From: Schmidtea polychroa
Taxonomy: Eukaryota
Direction of reading: 5' to 3'
Assembly (NCBI GenBank): GCA_044892525.1
Contig: CM097885.1
Coordinates: 184,636,001-184,700,000 of the forward strand
DNA: 64,000 nt
Numbering within the stretch: position 1 is the stretch's first letter; each line of letters starts with the position of its first letter. The position numbers and the translations under genes are program-made. The notes below the pieces were generated by a model. That model worked only from the letters and a program-made list of their open reading frames with translations, was not told where the DNA came from and did not search any database. Below, one piece after another: positions 62,496-64,000 of this stretch.

Positions 62496-62583
62496 ATTCT
62501 GACCAATCAAAATCAAGGAAGGGGTAGGAAAAATAAATATATTCTGACCAATCAAAATCAAGGAAGGGGTAGGAAAAATAAAT
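62496..62583. repeat. Two identical 43-bp direct repeats (period 45) with a CCAAT box
   Basis: ATTCTGACCAATCAAAATCAAGGAAGGGGTAGGAAAAATAAAT x2, ~75 bp upstream of the predicted PolB start. Confidence 0.9.
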
Positions 62584-62739
62584 GTGTTACAGTATTTTAA
62601 AAGTTCAATATATTTTAAAACACATTTTGATGCTAAAGTTGACTTATTTAACATTTTCATAATAATTTAATAAAAATAATGTGATGAACCCACAAAGTAA
62701 TATCATTTTTCATCAAATTGCAAAACAGTAATAACGTTT

Positions 62740-63140
62740 TCATAAAATTGTAACAAAATAATAACATATTTCAGATAAATTTTCAACAGTTGTAAAATAT
62801 TTAAACAAATTGTAACAAGATTAGAAAATATTACAACAAAGTAGTAACATATTTCAGAAAATTTCAACAAAGTTGTAAAATATTTATCAAATTGTAACTA
62901 AAATAATAAAAATATTGCAACAAAGTAATAAAATAATGATGTTAATTGGGACAAATCAATACATTATTTCGAAGACGGACAACAAATTAAAAAGAATATT
63001 GTAATAAATTGTGAAGTCTTTCAGTAAATTACAACAAAGTAATAACATATTTCGGAAATATTTCACCAGATGTAAAATATTTAAGCAAAATGTTATAAGA
63101 TTATAAAAATATTGCAACAAAGTAATAAAATAATACAACA
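62740..63140. repeat. Degenerate 60-80-bp tandem repeat
   Basis: Recurring AAATTGTAAC..AACATATTTC..TTGTAAAATATTTA. Confidence 0.6.
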
Positions 63141-63154
63141 TTTTAAACTCTAGA

Positions 63155-64000
63155 TCAATCCATTTTATAGAAAATTAAATTTTATCTCTATAATATATGA
63201 ATAAATATACAAGGAAATTACGTTAACTGTATGAAAAATACAAATTTATCGTAAAAAACATGTGTGTATTACACACAACATACAAGACATAATTTTTAAT
63301 CAAGCTATTTTATAGAAAATTAAATTTTATCTATATAATATATGAATAAATATTCAAGGAAATTACGTTAACGTATAATAAATACAAATTTATCATAAAA
63401 ACATGTGTGTATTACACACAACATACAAGACATAATTTTTAATCAAGCTATTTTATAGAAAATTAAATTTTATCTATATAATATATGAATAAATATTCAA
63501 GGAAATTACGTTAACGTATAATAAATACAAATTTATCATAAAAACATGTGTGTATTACACAAAAAAAAAACAAGATACATAATTTCTAATCAATCCATTT
63601 TATAGAAAATTAAATTTTATCTATATATTATATGAATAAAATCCTAAGAAAATTACGTTAACTGTATGAAAAATACAAATTTATCTTAAAAACATGTGTG
63701 TATTACACACAGAACAAGATACATAATTTCTAATCAATCCATTTTATAGAAAATTAAATTTTATCTATATATTATATGAATAAAATCCTAAGAAAATTAC
63801 GTTAACTGTATGAAAAATACAAATTTATCGTAAAAACATGTGTGTATTACACACAAAGCGACAAACTAAAATTGTAATTGAGCCATTTTATAGAAAATTA
63901 AATTTTATCTATATAATATATGAATAAAAATCCAAGAAAATTACGTTAACCGCGCGAAAAATACAAATTTATCGTAAAAACATGTGTGTATTACACACAA
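63155..64000. repeat. ~144-bp tandem array, about 6 units, runs off the window
   Basis: ATTTTATAGAAAATTAAATTTTATCT anchors at ~63161, 63306, 63449, 63596, 63740, 63884. Confidence 0.95.

Noticed and set aside
62496-64000. CRISPR-like array
   Set aside because: Eukaryotic context, no unique spacers, no cas genes; these are plain tandem repeats.

Overview
Very AT-rich eukaryotic (animal-like) scaffold with eight N gaps, dominated by nested mobile DNA. The 41-50 nt introns, (ATT)n microsatellites and NeSL/R5-type retroposons would fit an invertebrate such as a planarian, but that is inference. Layout: (1) 1-5.4 kb, small host genes including a DUSP12-like gene lacking its catalytic loop. (2) 5.5-37 kb, a nested stack: a decayed Buster-type hAT contains a Ty3/Gypsy LTR element (1160-bp LTRs, TAAC TSD, tRNA-Trp PBS). 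This element has an unusual order, gag(with ubiquitin-like repeats) - [chuvirus-like glycoprotein fused in frame to PR-RT-RH-IN] - relic signal peptide. Its gag is interrupted by two tandem RLE-type non-LTR retroposons that end in poly(T) and are flanked by a 1165-bp direct duplication of gag. (3) 37.8-54.8 kb, a ~17-kb palindrome of TE debris with an hAT inserted in one arm. (4) An intact intronless MFS transporter with an inverted copy of its own 5' region downstream. (5) A Polinton/virus-like protein-primed DNA polymerase B with an endonuclease VII-like insert, predicted to be split by six short phase-1 introns, followed by a ~144-bp tandem array. All calls are by eye; no searches or alignments were run.
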